A stretch of 64,000 bases of DNA from Magnetococcus sp. YQC-9 (GCA_039908105.1 JAMOBI010000003.1:3582-67581); one strand, 5' to 3'; positions 38,160 to 51,610 are shown, numbered from the stretch's first letter. Numbers and translations: made by a program. The notes: a model not told the origin generated them from the letters alone.

Positions 38160-39386
38160 TCAATATTTGCCCAGGCAGTCGGGCCACCAGTGGATGACAT
38201 GATCATCCTTTTTCGTCAACCCGCTGATCGGTCCATCCTGGGAAATGACAAAGGCGGCGGAACCGGGATAGTGACCAACGAAATTGACTGTGGCGTTGTG
38301 GCGGGTGCCATAACGGGAAAAGAGTTCGTCGCGATCCAGATGCTGTGCCTTGTTGTTCTTCCAATAGATAATCCGCTCCTGCCAGATGGGGGCAGAAAGA
38401 AAAGCCCCAAAGGAGAGTGGACGCAACCGGTCAGAAATGATCAGCGCGCCATCCACGCAGGTCATCTGCGCGAGCATTTCGGCATGTTCAATCACCTTGC
38501 GTTTGCACTCCAGAACCGTTTCGCCGATGATGCAAATGGTCGCGAGTGATGAGCACTCAGCGGCATCCTTGCGGAACAGTTCCTGTTGATACTCGACATC
38601 GCACAAGTCACCGATCAGCGAGGCGCCATCCGGACTCTCGGTCAAGTTGTGTTTGGGGATGATGCAGTGTGACTCGGAATCGATGAAGTCGGATGGCAGC
38701 CAGACGATGATGCCGCCATGACCGCGCCGATCGGTCTCCATGAGCAAATAATCGATGAAATCCCGATAGGTATGCCAGTATTTCATGCCGAGTTTCTGAA
38801 ACTCCGGATGCCGCTTCACCACTTCCAGAAAACGCCACCCCATCAATCCGGAAGTAAAATGATTATGAACCGGTTCGAGAAAACGTCCCGATTTGAAGCG
38901 GGCGATCAGATCATCCCCCTGATAGATTGACAGCGAACCGGTTCGCTTGGTTATGATCGCCAACGAATTGGGTGCGGGCTGCTCCAAAGGCAGGGCATCG
39001 AACCGATTGCGTCCCCGATGGGTCGTGAAGATGGCACTCCAGATCTCCAGTGCAGCCGGTTCCTCCTCGCTGCCCCACACTGCCAGAACCGTGGTATCCG
39101 GATCGAATGCCGGCGCGAGTTTCACCAGCGTATCAACGGTCAACGGCTGTTTGGGACTCATCTTCAAAACGATGCTCTCCCCAGCACGCCCTTTATCCGG
39201 CAACAAAGCCGGATCGGTCAAGGAGACGCCAACGCGCACCGGACGATCTTCGTTGCGCTTAAGCCCGGCAAGAAAAACCATCTCCATGATGGTCCTCACC
39301 TGCTGAAACAGTACCGGATCCTCCAGCGCGCCGGATTCCCGCTTCCAGAGCGCAATGATCTCCTCAATGATAACCGGATCGAACAC
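38160..39386 (-). CDS. Diadenylate-cyclase-like (DisA_N/DAC-like) protein with uncharacterised N-terminal domain
   Basis: C-terminal blocks RGHGGIIVWLP, VDGALIISD, YGTRHNATVNF and AAFVISQDGPISGL follow the order of DAC-domain blocks (GALIV / DGA / GTRHR / VSEDG); the N-terminal ~220 aa are unrecognised. Confidence 0.6.
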   Translation of the reverse strand: MFDPVIIEEIIALWKRESGALEDPVLFQQVRTIMEMVFLAGLKRNEDRPVRVGVSLTDPALLPDKGRAGESIVLKMSPKQPLTVDTLVKLAPAFDPDTTVLAVWGSEEEPAALEIWSAIFTTHRGRNRFDALPLEQPAPNSLAIITKRTGSLSIYQGDDLIARFKSGRFLEPVHNHFTSGLMGWRFLEVVKRHPEFQKLGMKYWHTYRDFIDYLLMETDRRGHGGIIVWLPSDFIDSESHCIIPKHNLTESPDGASLIGDLCDVEYQQELFRKDAAECSSLATICIIGETVLECKRKVIEHAEMLAQMTCVDGALIISDRLRPLSFGAFLSAPIWQERIIYWKNNKAQHLDRDELFSRYGTRHNATVNFVGHYPGSAAFVISQDGPISGLTKKDDHVIHWWPDCLGKY

Positions 39387-39569
39387 GGTTCCAACCTCCC
39401 CTCAACCGCACCAAACTCCCGTTACTCTGGCCTGACAAGTGAACCACCAGCGATGTACAATCGCCTATTTGCATGCCGCATGCAAGATCATGTGATTTTT
39501 TCTTGCAAACCGCTTTCGGATCCGCCGCGCAAAGAAAGATCCTCACAACGGGTTTATCTCTTTACAGAG

Positions 39570-39822
39570 GTCAACAGAACTGATTTGAGAGCTTGGAAGT
39601 TTCTCTTTATTGATAAAAAAAAGAGAGGGTCTGGGAGATTCCTCTCCCAGGGTTTTGCTTTTGACTTTGGCGCGCTCTTAAAAGAAGCATCTTTCGCGTT
39701 TTTTGCGAAAAATGCGCCACGCGCCGCCTTCGCGGGAGTCGTTTTTTGCTTTTTGGAAACGACTCCCGCATCTTGCACTCGAGCCTTGCGAAAAACTACG
39801 CATCCCAAAATGGGTGCGATTT
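39570..39822. repeat. Mosaic palindromic intergenic repeat, family A, locus 10
   Basis: Starts with the GTCAACAGAACTGATTTGAGAGCTTGG module (also at 5955) and ends GGGTGCGATTT, 3 nt before the ABC ATPase stop codon. Confidence 0.9.
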
Positions 39823-39825
39823 AAT

Positions 39826-40596
39826 TCATATCGCCACCCAAAACCGCTGACCACCCGCATCGACGACCCGCAGAGGATGACCGAAAAGCCGGGTCAACCG
39901 CTCCGGTTGCAGCATGGCCTCATCCGTTCCCTGTTCACTCCCTCCGTTGCCGGCAAGCAGCAGAATATGGTCACAAAAGCGGGCGGCCAGATGAATATCG
40001 TGAGTCACCAACACCATTGTCCCCTCTGTTTGCCTGACCCGTCCGGCAAACAATTTCAACAGGGCGATCTGATGTCCCAAATCCAGATGGTTGGTCGGTT
40101 CATCGAGAAGAAAAACGCGCGGGGCCTGGAGCAGCAAGGTGACCGCCTCCATGCGGCGGCGCTCCCCACCCGACAAACTCTCCACCGGACGAGTTGCCAA
40201 CGCCTCCAGACCGGTGGTACGCAACGCCTCCCATGCCATCTCCTCATCAACCCGACCATGAGCGGTCCAGAACCCCAGATGTGGATAGCGACCCGCCAGT
40301 ACGGTCTCGAGTACGGTTGTTGGGAACGGGTAGTCGACCTGTTGAAAAAGAATGCCAACCCCACGCGCAATGGCCCGTCGACTCAACCGCGCCATCGGCA
40401 CTCCTTCGATGAACACCTCGCCCGCATCTGGACGACGCAATCCAGCCAGCGCATGCAACAGAGTCGTTTTCCCGGCACCATTTGGCCCGAGTATCGCCCA
40501 GCACTCTCCAGCTCGCAACTGCCAATTCAAATCGCCGCACAACTCCCGTCCCTTGTAACCCAACCGCAAGCCTCGCGTTTCCAGAATCGGAGTCAC
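39826..40596 (-). CDS. ABC transporter ATP-binding protein (FepC/BtuD/HmuV type)
   Basis: Walker A GPNGAGKTT, signature LSGGERRR, Walker B FLLDEPTNHLD; 4-nt overlap with the upstream permease. Confidence 0.9.
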   Translation of the reverse strand: MTPILETRGLRLGYKGRELCGDLNWQLRAGECWAILGPNGAGKTTLLHALAGLRRPDAGEVFIEGVPMARLSRRAIARGVGILFQQVDYPFPTTVLETVLAGRYPHLGFWTAHGRVDEEMAWEALRTTGLEALATRPVESLSGGERRRMEAVTLLLQAPRVFLLDEPTNHLDLGHQIALLKLFAGRVRQTEGTMVLVTHDIHLAARFCDHILLLAGNGGSEQGTDEAMLQPERLTRLFGHPLRVVDAGGQRFWVAI

Positions 40597-41621
40597 CGGA
40601 CGACGCTCCGGCGCAACAACCAGATAAACAGCGGGACGCCAAGTAGCGCAGTCAGAATCCCGGCAGGCATCTGCTGCGGGGCAATCAGTGTGCGAGCCAA
40701 AAGATCGGCCAACGTCAGCAGCGCTCCACCCAGCAGAACAGCCGCCGGCAACAGAAAACGGTGATCGCTACAGCCGGCCAAACGCAGCAGGTGCGGGGTA
40801 ACCAGACCAATGAAACCAATGCTTCCAACCGCAGAGACCGCCGCTGCCGCAGCCAATGAAGCAACCAGATAGAGAAACAATTGCAGCGGCATCACCGCCA
40901 CACCCAGGCTTGCAGCCCGCAAGGTGCCGCTGGCCAACAGATTCATCGATCGGGCCAGCGGCCAGGTCATGGCCAACAGAAACAATAAGATCACGACAAG
41001 GGGCGTCGCATCGCCGCCACGCCCCAGATCGCCCATCAGCCAGAACAGCGCGCCGCGCAACCGCTCATCCGGCAGCAAATACAACAAAAAACTCACTCCC
41101 GCGCCCCACCCCGAAGCAACCACCACCCCGGTCAGCAACAAACGCGATCCACCCTCCCAACCACCCGCTCCTCCGGCAAACCACAACACGGTCAGCATCG
41201 ACAACACCGCACCCAGCCAAGCGCCGCCATCCACCCATACCCCGGAAGCACCGAAAGCCAACGCCAGAATCGCCCCGAATGCCGCCCCTCCCGACACTCC
41301 CAGAACATACGGATCGGCCAGAGGATTGCGCATCAACACCTGCATCAATACTCCAGACAGAGCCAGAAGCCCGCCCACGGCCATGGCTCCCGCCACCCTC
41401 GGCAGCCGCAGCTCGAAGATCACCTGTCCAAAAAGTGGATCATTCGTCCCGCCAACAAGAAGCGCCCAAAGGGCCGACACACCGCCGCCCAGGCTGCCAT
41501 GTGACAATGCCGCCACAAACACCAAGCCGGACCCAAGTAACAACAACGCCAGCAGGGTCACCCGACCCTGCTGGCGTACCTGAGTCAATACATATGCCGG
41601 TTTATGCTTTAGAGAACTCAT
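40593..41621 (-). CDS. FecCD-family ABC permease (BtuC/FepD-like)
   Basis: About 9-10 TM segments, RLPRVAGAMAVGGLLALSG and GSIGFIGLVTPH motifs; ATG 41621 chosen (the track extension overlaps the upstream gene). Confidence 0.88.
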   Translation of the reverse strand: MSSLKHKPAYVLTQVRQQGRVTLLALLLLGSGLVFVAALSHGSLGGGVSALWALLVGGTNDPLFGQVIFELRLPRVAGAMAVGGLLALSGVLMQVLMRNPLADPYVLGVSGGAAFGAILALAFGASGVWVDGGAWLGAVLSMLTVLWFAGGAGGWEGGSRLLLTGVVVASGWGAGVSFLLYLLPDERLRGALFWLMGDLGRGGDATPLVVILLFLLAMTWPLARSMNLLASGTLRAASLGVAVMPLQLFLYLVASLAAAAAVSAVGSIGFIGLVTPHLLRLAGCSDHRFLLPAAVLLGGALLTLADLLARTLIAPQQMPAGILTALLGVPLFIWLLRRSVVR

Positions 41622-42609
41622 TATGCGGCACGATGCAGCGATGCAGCCAGTCGCGCAGCAACACGGCGTACTTGTTGCCATTCTCCTCCTTGTGGGTCTC
41701 GATCTCTTCCATCGCCTCCTTGTACATCTTGTGACGCGACAACGCATGTTGAATGGCGCGCACCAGGGTACGACGATTGACCTGCCCTTTGATCAGATAG
41801 TCCTGCGCCCCATCCTCCACCGCCTTGATCGCCTGGTCATCATCGTCCATGCCGGTGAACACGATAATCGGCGTGTCGAAGGCCATGGCCTGCATGCGCA
41901 CGAAGGTCTGCTCGTACCCCTGGCTGTCGCTTAAGTTCAGATCGAGCAGGAGCAGATCGTACTTGTCCTGTCCGAGCCGCTGTTCGGCCTCCTGGAACGA
42001 GGCGGCATGGGTCAACTTGTAGATCGGCGGCGCATTCGGATCCTCGCGCTTCTCCACCGAATTGGCCAGCCACGCCTGAATAACCTCGAAGAACTCCACC
42101 TCATCCTCGACAATCAGGAAATGGTAACAGACGCTGAAATCGTGCACATTCGGCAATTTGCGACACGGTGAGAGCTGATCGCCCTTGGATTTTTTCTCGA
42201 TCTTGCCGGAGGTTGCCGATTTCTTGCCTTTGTCGCCACTCTTGGTCGATCCGTGTTCCAGATCGAACAACCGCTGCGACAGATGACGAATCAAGCGAAA
42301 GGCGATCGAAGGATCCTGATGCATCCGCGCAACGAACATCTTCTCGTCGATTCCCAGGATATAGGAGTCCTCCATCGCCCTGGCGGTCGCGAATCGCTCA
42401 TGATTGGCCGTAAAGGCCGAAGCGATGCCGAAGATCTCGCCGTCGCCGATCTCCACACGCATGCTCTTGCCCGCCGAAGAGTCACGGGTCAGTTCCACCC
42501 GGCCTTTGCGAACCATAAAAAATTTGTCGGACAGCTCCCCCTGCCGAAAGATGATCTCCCCCCGCTTGTAGAGCCTGCCCAGCTCCCGGATATCATCATG
42601 CGCGAACAT
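41602..42609 (-). CDS. cNMP-binding domain + receiver (REC) domain protein, no output domain
   Basis: N-terminal cNMP-binding barrel (FFMVRKGRVELT ... GEIFG), Lys/Ser-rich linker, C-terminal REC (LIVEDE ... LLLLDLNLSD ... VFTG ... DYLIKG). Confidence 0.8.
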   Translation of the reverse strand: MFAHDDIRELGRLYKRGEIIFRQGELSDKFFMVRKGRVELTRDSSAGKSMRVEIGDGEIFGIASAFTANHERFATARAMEDSYILGIDEKMFVARMHQDPSIAFRLIRHLSQRLFDLEHGSTKSGDKGKKSATSGKIEKKSKGDQLSPCRKLPNVHDFSVCYHFLIVEDEVEFFEVIQAWLANSVEKREDPNAPPIYKLTHAASFQEAEQRLGQDKYDLLLLDLNLSDSQGYEQTFVRMQAMAFDTPIIVFTGMDDDDQAIKAVEDGAQDYLIKGQVNRRTLVRAIQHALSRHKMYKEAMEEIETHKEENGNKYAVLLRDWLHRCIVPHNEFSKA

Positions 42610-42613
42610 CTCA

Positions 42614-44695
42614 TCAACTCCCGTCCACCAAATAGGCCGAAATGGCCGCATCCGCCAAACGGATCTCTTCCAACAGCCGCTCCGCCAGTTCGGTGGCGCC
42701 ATCCAGCGATCCGGTCTTGACCTTGTTGTCCAGCGACACCACGATCTCACGCATGCGCCCCAATCCGAACTGCGCGGAAAGACTCTTCAAGGAGTGGACC
42801 TCCATGTGCACCTGATTGGCATCCTTTGCCTTGACCGCCGCCCAGATGCGCGCCGATCGATCCGGCAGTCCGGACTGGAAGGTACGCAGCACTTTGGCAA
42901 ACTCCTCTCCGAGATCCTCCTGCAACTCTTGGATCTTGTCACGATCGATTGGTTCCCGTTCCCGTGCAGCTGCCGGATCAACAGCAGCGGTCAATGCCGC
43001 CTGATTTCTGGCGCGCGTCAGCCACTGCGAAATCACCGCCACAAGCGCCGTGCGCTTGAAAGGCTTGCTCAAATAATCGTCCATGCCCGCAGCCAGACAC
43101 TTCTCCCGATCCCCCTGCATGGCATTGGCGGTCAAGGCGATCACCGGCGTGCGCCGCGCCCGGCCGGAGGACAACTCCATCTTGCGGAACTCACGGGTGG
43201 CGGCATAGCCGTCCATTTCCGGCATCAAACAGTCCATGAGCACCAGATCGAACGTCATTCGCGCCAATTTTCCAAGCGCCACCCGTCCATTCTGGGCCAC
43301 ATCGATCCGCGCACGATAAGGTTGCAACATCCCCTTGATCACCGCCAGATTGATCGGATCGTCTTCCACCAGAAGAATCGACATATCAACCGGAATCTCG
43401 ACGAACGTGGCCTCCGCAGCCCCCGAACTCTCGGCCCTTGATACCGCCACGCGCGCCATCTTGAAGGGGATCTCCACCCGGAAGGTGCTGCCGACCCCCA
43501 ATTGACTGTGCACGGAGATCTCGCCACCCATCATGCGCACCAGACGGTTGGTGATGCTCAACCCCAAACCCGTGCCGCCGAATTTGCGCGTCGTGGAGCT
43601 GTCCACCTGAGAGAAGGCGTCGAAAAGCCGGGCGAAATTCTCCGGGCTGATGCCGATGCCGGTATCCCGCACCACGAAGGCGATCAACGTCTGTTCCGAC
43701 GAGACCTTCAACGGCTCGACCTGCAGCGAAACCCCACCCATCTCGGTGAATTTCAACGCATTGGACAACAGATTGGTCAGGATCTGTCGCACCCGCACCG
43801 GATCGCCGATCAGATCGCGCGGCAGCAGTCCATCGTGCTCGATCCGGAAGGCCAACTCCTTGCTGCTCGCCACCTGGGAGAAGATGAATTGCAACTCGTC
43901 AAGCAGCCCCCACAAACCGAACGGAATCGCCTCCAACTCCAGCCGTCCGGCCTCGATCTTGGAGAAGTCCAGGATATCGTTGATGATGACCAGCAGATTC
44001 TCCCCGGAACGACGAATCGTCTCGACATACAGACGGTACTCTTCGCTCATCTCCAGATCGATCAACAGCTCCGCCATGCCGAGAATGCCGTTCAAAGGGG
44101 TGCGGATCTCATGGCTCATCACCGCCAAAAATTCGCTTTTGGCCATGCTGGCCCGCTCCGCAGCCAACATCGCGGCATGCAGATCGCGCTCGTTCTCCGC
44201 CAGACGCTCCAAAGCCTCCTCGGCCCGCAAGCGGGCCTTGTCGAGGGCGAGGTTCTTCAACTCCAGCGCACGACGCGCCAGCAACAGATGCTCGATGTTC
44301 TTCACCCGCGCCAGAATGATCTGCGGACTCGAAGGTTTGCGGATGTAATCAATGGCGCCCAGAGCCAATCCTCTGGCCTCATCCTCGAATTCGGTCTTGG
44401 CGGTCAGAAAAATCACCGGAATCCCGGCGGTCAGAGGATCCTCCTTCAAGCGCCGGCAGGTCTCGTAGCCATCCATCACCGGCATCATGATGTCGAGCAG
44501 AATGATGTCCGGCACCACCCGACGCACCACCTGCAACGCCTTGACACCGTGCGTGGCCACCAGAATCTGGAAATATTCGTCCAGCGCGCTGCGGATGATA
44601 TCGATATTCTCCGGTTGATCATCCACCAAAAGCACGATGCTCTTGCGCGCATCGCCACCCGGATCCGGATGCATACCAGCAAATTGGCTCTCCAT
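42614..44695 (-). CDS. Hybrid sensor kinase REC-HisKA-HATPase-REC-Hpt (cytoplasmic)
   Basis: N-terminal REC (VLLVDDQ ... LLDIMMP ... LTAK), H-box SHEIRTPLNGILG, GGTGLGLSI, second REC (LLVEDDP ... LMDCLMP), Hpt HSLKSLSAQFG; no TM segment. Confidence 0.9.
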   Translation of the reverse strand: MESQFAGMHPDPGGDARKSIVLLVDDQPENIDIIRSALDEYFQILVATHGVKALQVVRRVVPDIILLDIMMPVMDGYETCRRLKEDPLTAGIPVIFLTAKTEFEDEARGLALGAIDYIRKPSSPQIILARVKNIEHLLLARRALELKNLALDKARLRAEEALERLAENERDLHAAMLAAERASMAKSEFLAVMSHEIRTPLNGILGMAELLIDLEMSEEYRLYVETIRRSGENLLVIINDILDFSKIEAGRLELEAIPFGLWGLLDELQFIFSQVASSKELAFRIEHDGLLPRDLIGDPVRVRQILTNLLSNALKFTEMGGVSLQVEPLKVSSEQTLIAFVVRDTGIGISPENFARLFDAFSQVDSSTTRKFGGTGLGLSITNRLVRMMGGEISVHSQLGVGSTFRVEIPFKMARVAVSRAESSGAAEATFVEIPVDMSILLVEDDPINLAVIKGMLQPYRARIDVAQNGRVALGKLARMTFDLVLMDCLMPEMDGYAATREFRKMELSSGRARRTPVIALTANAMQGDREKCLAAGMDDYLSKPFKRTALVAVISQWLTRARNQAALTAAVDPAAAREREPIDRDKIQELQEDLGEEFAKVLRTFQSGLPDRSARIWAAVKAKDANQVHMEVHSLKSLSAQFGLGRMREIVVSLDNKVKTGSLDGATELAERLLEEIRLADAAISAYLVDGS

Positions 44696-44696
44696 C

Positions 44697-47623
<2,927 letters not shown>

Positions 47624-47627
<4 letters not shown>

Positions 47628-49765
47628 CGCGCCGACCTCCCTTCCGCCGGCACGATCACCCCCTCTTTTGTCAAACGGGCGAGACGATAATCGCTCATCT
47701 CCAAGGCATCGTGACGCTTGGCATCAAAAGGGTGATCCAGACGGCGGCTCACCCCATCGTAAGGCGGCAGATGCTCCAGGGCATCGCGAATCACGCGGCG
47801 ATCCGTCGATCCCGCCAGCCGTATCGCCTCGGACAAAAGACGTACCAGATCATAGGCGTGGGTCAACCCGGCCCATAAATAAACCGGATTACGCTCATTC
47901 AGACCCAGTGAGGCTTGATAGCGCTGCCACAATGCCATACCCTGCCGGTTCTCTCCCTCCTTGAGGAAACCGGTCTGCGGAAAGACCAAATCCATGCCGG
48001 CCAGGACGCTCTTCTGCCGATCGGTCAGTCGCTCCCCGAGCACCCCCCAATGGGAGACCACGGCCACAGCCGGAAGTTGCCGATTGAGTTCCATCAGGAA
48101 CGGAATGCTCTCATCCGGGGTGTCGACCAGCATCACCACATCGGCACCGACCTCCGCCAAATTGGCGACCAGCCCATCGAACCGCTCCTGACCATTGTCC
48201 ACCCAGTGCAGCGCGACGGGTCGCACACCTCTGGCATTCAAATGGCGCGACACGATCCTCTCGAAATCGATTCCCCAACTGGAGTTCTCCAGGACCAGCG
48301 CGATCCGCGCACCGCGTTGCAAGGCGGCATCCGCCAGGAATGGTGCGGTCCAGCGGTCGTTGAGACTCAAACGAAACACCTGATTGGGTTGAAAGCCGTT
48401 TTCGGTCAAATGGCGCGCCGCAGACCAGGGCAACAGCATCGGCATCTCCAGATCATGCACCAACTCCACTTCGGCTGCCACCACGGCACTCTTCTGCCCT
48501 CCCAGTACCGCCACCAGATCCTCGAATGCGGCAAAAAATCTCAGATTGTCCAAGCCTCGCGTCGCCAATCCGTGATTGTCCCGCACCACCAGGCGAAGCT
48601 TGCGCCCCAGCACCCCCCCCTCGGCATTGATCGCCTCGATGGCCAACCGCGCCCCCCTGGACAACTCCAGACCGACCAGAGCGCTCTCCCCGGACAATTG
48701 GGCATCCAGACCAATCAGAATCTCCTTTCCCTGAGAGGAGTTCGCACCACCCGGCATTTGCCATTCGGCCAGCTTGGCCATGACATCCGCCCCGATCTCC
48801 TCTTCAAACTTGTCCGGCACATGGGCCAAAGCGTCACGGAACCGCACCCGATCTTCAGGAACCGGTTCATGAATCATCACCCCGGCAGCGCGCATTCTCG
48901 CAAGAACCTCTTCCTCTTCCTGCTGCTGCGAGTCTCGCGTCCACCAGGTCATCTCCCGTGCCACCTCCAGCAGAATCTCCTGCTGTCGCGCAGTCAGCAT
49001 CTCCTGCGCATCCCGACCGATAGCCAACAAATGGCTGTCATGGGCATGCCCGCTCAAGGTCAAATGCCCCAAACCAAATTTCCCAGCCACCCCCTCCATT
49101 CCAGACAGAGAGCGATCCACCACACCAACCGACTCGCCGCCAGCCACGAAACGGCCTCCCAAACGGTCATACAGCTCCCGCCTCACCCGGTCATCCGGTT
49201 CGACAACCCGCAAGCCAGCAAAGGAGTCGGGCGACAACAGAGGGCGATCGGCAAGCCAATGCCGACTGCCACCATCCCAAAAGGCGATTCCCTCCAGATT
49301 CAAGGCACGCACCTTATCGAGAAGCAACCGCCCGAAATCACCATCGAGCGTCTGATGCAGGAACGAACGGGACGGAAACAGAAATGGCAGATCGAACACC
49401 CGCAAGGATTCAACCCGCTTGGCCAGCGTACCCCCCGACACCAGGACCATACCGAGCTCTCCCCGGCCCGCCAGCTTGACCATGCGATCGTCGCCCCCGA
49501 ACTCCGAGGAGGCATGCAGGGTCAATTTCAGCGTATCCTGACTCGCGTTGGCCACCCGTTCGACCAATCGTTCCGCAGCCGCACGCGCAACCGGCGTCAC
49601 GGTGCTGGCAATGCCAAAACGCACCGTTACCTCACGACCAGTATGACGTGAACCGGTTTTCGGTTCATCGATCACACGCAGGCTCTTGCCGATGCGCATC
49701 CCCAACAGGACGAGCACCAACAACAAAAAAAATAACAGGATACGCTTGAAACTCTTCTCCGACAT
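47624..49765 (-). CDS. Membrane-anchored fusion of two periplasmic solute-binding domains (DctP/TRAP-type + LivJ/Peripla_BP_6-type)
   Basis: N-terminal anchor [14 protein letters not shown]. The first half matches the TRAP DctP pattern (FDLPFLF ... [10 protein letters not shown]); the second half matches the Leu/Ile/Val-binding pattern ([17 protein letters not shown] ... [20 protein letters not shown]). ATGA overlap with the kinase. Confidence 0.85.
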
Positions 49766-49833
49766 CCGACCGATCGTCCCTGGTCACCCGAACTGTTGCT
49801 GTAACGATTCAACGGAATCATTACGCTCAAGCC

Positions 49834-50211
49834 TCATATCAACCGCTCCCACAACACCAACCCCCAGACCAACACCACCAGAGCCAAGGCCACGAAGACC
49901 GCCGAAGAGCCCAAATCCTTGGCCCGCCCGGCCAAAGGGTGCCGCTCCGGCCCGATCCGATCCACCACCGCCTCGATCGACGAATTGAGCAGCTCCACAA
50001 TCAATACCACCAGCAACGATCCAATCAATAAAGCCTTTTCCACCGCACCGTTGCCCAACCACAACCCAAACGGCATCATCAGCAGCACACCGACCAACTC
50101 CTGACGAAACGCCGCCTCATGGCGCCACGCAGCCTGAAATCCCAACCAGGAGTAGCCCGCCGCATGAATGATCCGGGTCAATCCAGTCGCTCCAGGTTTC
50201 ATGCGTCCCAC
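49834..50211 (-). CDS. dgkA: Diacylglycerol kinase
   Basis: 125 aa, 3 TM; AAGYSWLGF ... AFRQE ... VELLNSSIEAVVDR motifs. Confidence 0.9.
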   Translation of the reverse strand: MGRMKPGATGLTRIIHAAGYSWLGFQAAWRHEAAFRQELVGVLLMMPFGLWLGNGAVEKALLIGSLLVVLIVELLNSSIEAVVDRIGPERHPLAGRAKDLGSSAVFVALALVVLVWGLVLWERLI

Positions 50212-50233
50212 CTCGAATCAATAATCCGGTTCA

Positions 50234-50917
50234 TCATTCCGCTTCCCCAGTCTTCAAAAAATGTCGTACCCAGCGCGCCGCACGACGGGAAAATACCAAC
50301 CCCACATGCATCACCGGCAACGTGGCATGCACCGCCCCCGGCAGTCGGGTCTCGGCAACCGCCACCACGCCATCGTTCGGGGTCTCAACCCCCCAAACCA
50401 AATGACTCAACCCAAAAGGCAACGTCCCCGCCAATACGCCAATCTCTCGCCCATCGGGCTTGCAATAGGCCCGTTGACCATCCAACGCGCCCTCCAGGCT
50501 CCCTCCCAACAACCAGGCCCCCCCGGGCCAACGCGCCAACCTCTGGGCCGAGACCGATCCCTGAAACGGGGTGCCCAACGCCACCATCCGCCCGATCGGC
50601 GCCTCTGGATACCGCTCCAGCATGCGCAACGCCACCAATCCCCCCAGACTGTGACACACCAGATGCACCGATCCAGCCGGTACGGAACGCATGCCGGGAC
50701 CAAACCGCAACTCCAAATACTCCCACAATCCGTCGGCATTCTCATCCAATCCGCGCCGCACCGTCGGATAGCGAAACGTCATTACCCGAAACCCATCCTG
50801 GCGCAGGTGCAGATCCAACCATTTGAACTCCGTGCCATCCAGCCACAAACCGTGCACCAGCACCACACTCTCTTCAACCGGCATGCCCATCTCCCTGCCA
50901 TCCGGATCGCTCGTCAT
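50234..50917 (-). CDS. Alpha/beta-fold hydrolase (lipase/esterase-like)
   Basis: VVLVHGLW oxyanion-region pattern and GXSXG nucleophile elbow as CHSLGG; start uncertain (50917, 50890 or 50986). Confidence 0.72.
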   Translation of the reverse strand: MTSDPDGREMGMPVEESVVLVHGLWLDGTEFKWLDLHLRQDGFRVMTFRYPTVRRGLDENADGLWEYLELRFGPGMRSVPAGSVHLVCHSLGGLVALRMLERYPEAPIGRMVALGTPFQGSVSAQRLARWPGGAWLLGGSLEGALDGQRAYCKPDGREIGVLAGTLPFGLSHLVWGVETPNDGVVAVAETRLPGAVHATLPVMHVGLVFSRRAARWVRHFLKTGEAE

Positions 50918-51071
50918 ACACTGCCTGACATCAACGAGGCCAATTGACCGTCCGGTCTCCCCCCAACCCAACGCGATCGCAAACATTTCAAAAAGTATTC
51001 AACAAAAAAAGGCTTCGCCCCCGATTTGTGACGAACTCCCCCTCGAATGCATCCGCACAACCCCGCTTTGA

Positions 51072-51236
51072 CCCCAGATCCGGCAGTTGCTGACCATCAC
51101 CTGCGTCAACCCATTGACCCATCTGGCAAATCACCAGAAAACCTCATGACCGACAAGGCAATTTCGGTTTCTTACAATTCACCAAACGAACCAATATGTT
51201 AGCGCAGGCAATCGCCCGGAACCGCCGGATCCGGGT
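51072..51236 (+). mobile_element. MITE-like element, family B, copy A
   Basis: About 165 nt with imperfect terminal inverted repeats (CCAGATCCGGCAGTTGC ... GCCGGATCCGGG); about 85% identical by eye to the reverse complement of 62829-62991. Confidence 0.75.
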
Positions 51237-51430
51237 TGAACGATTTTTCTGAACCCATAAACCATTCTAGCCGCAATCACCCTTGTACGCCACCTCTTGA
51301 AGCCGATTCATCTCGCACCACTGCACCACATCCACGAGACATGATGAAGTATCTCATCTGACAATTATCTTTATTTTCATGAATTATGCTTCACCAGGAT
51401 TACCCAAACAATTTCAAGGAGACCGTCCCA

Positions 51431-51610
51431 ATGAAATCCGACAAAAAGATCCGCATGGTACAAAAATCGCTGCGTTTCCCCGAAACCCTGGCCGAATGGC
51501 TCTCCGACAAGGCGGAGATGGAGCGGCGATCCTTCAATCAGGTGGTCATCATGACTCTGGAGCAGATGCAGGCACAGGCACTGGCATCAGAGAACGACAG
51601 TCGATCGTGA
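51431..51610 (+). CDS. Arc/MetJ-type ribbon-helix-helix DNA-binding protein
   Basis: 59 aa from ATG 51431 (AAGGAG RBS); SLRFPETLAEWLSDKAEMERRSFNQVVIMTLEQ fits the Arc-like RHH pattern. Confidence 0.6.
   Translation: MKSDKKIRMVQKSLRFPETLAEWLSDKAEMERRSFNQVVIMTLEQMQAQALASENDSRS

Noticed and set aside
40856-41734. Plus-strand ORFs (292 and 219 aa) over the FecCD permease gene
   Set aside because: Their translations are Pro/Thr/Arg-rich low-complexity sequence, opposite a clear multi-TM permease frame.
47915-49651. 578-aa plus-strand ORF opposite the solute-binding fusion gene
   Set aside because: It is a shadow ORF. Its composition is Gln/His/Pro/Arg-rich without motifs, while the minus-strand frame shows two clear SBP domains.
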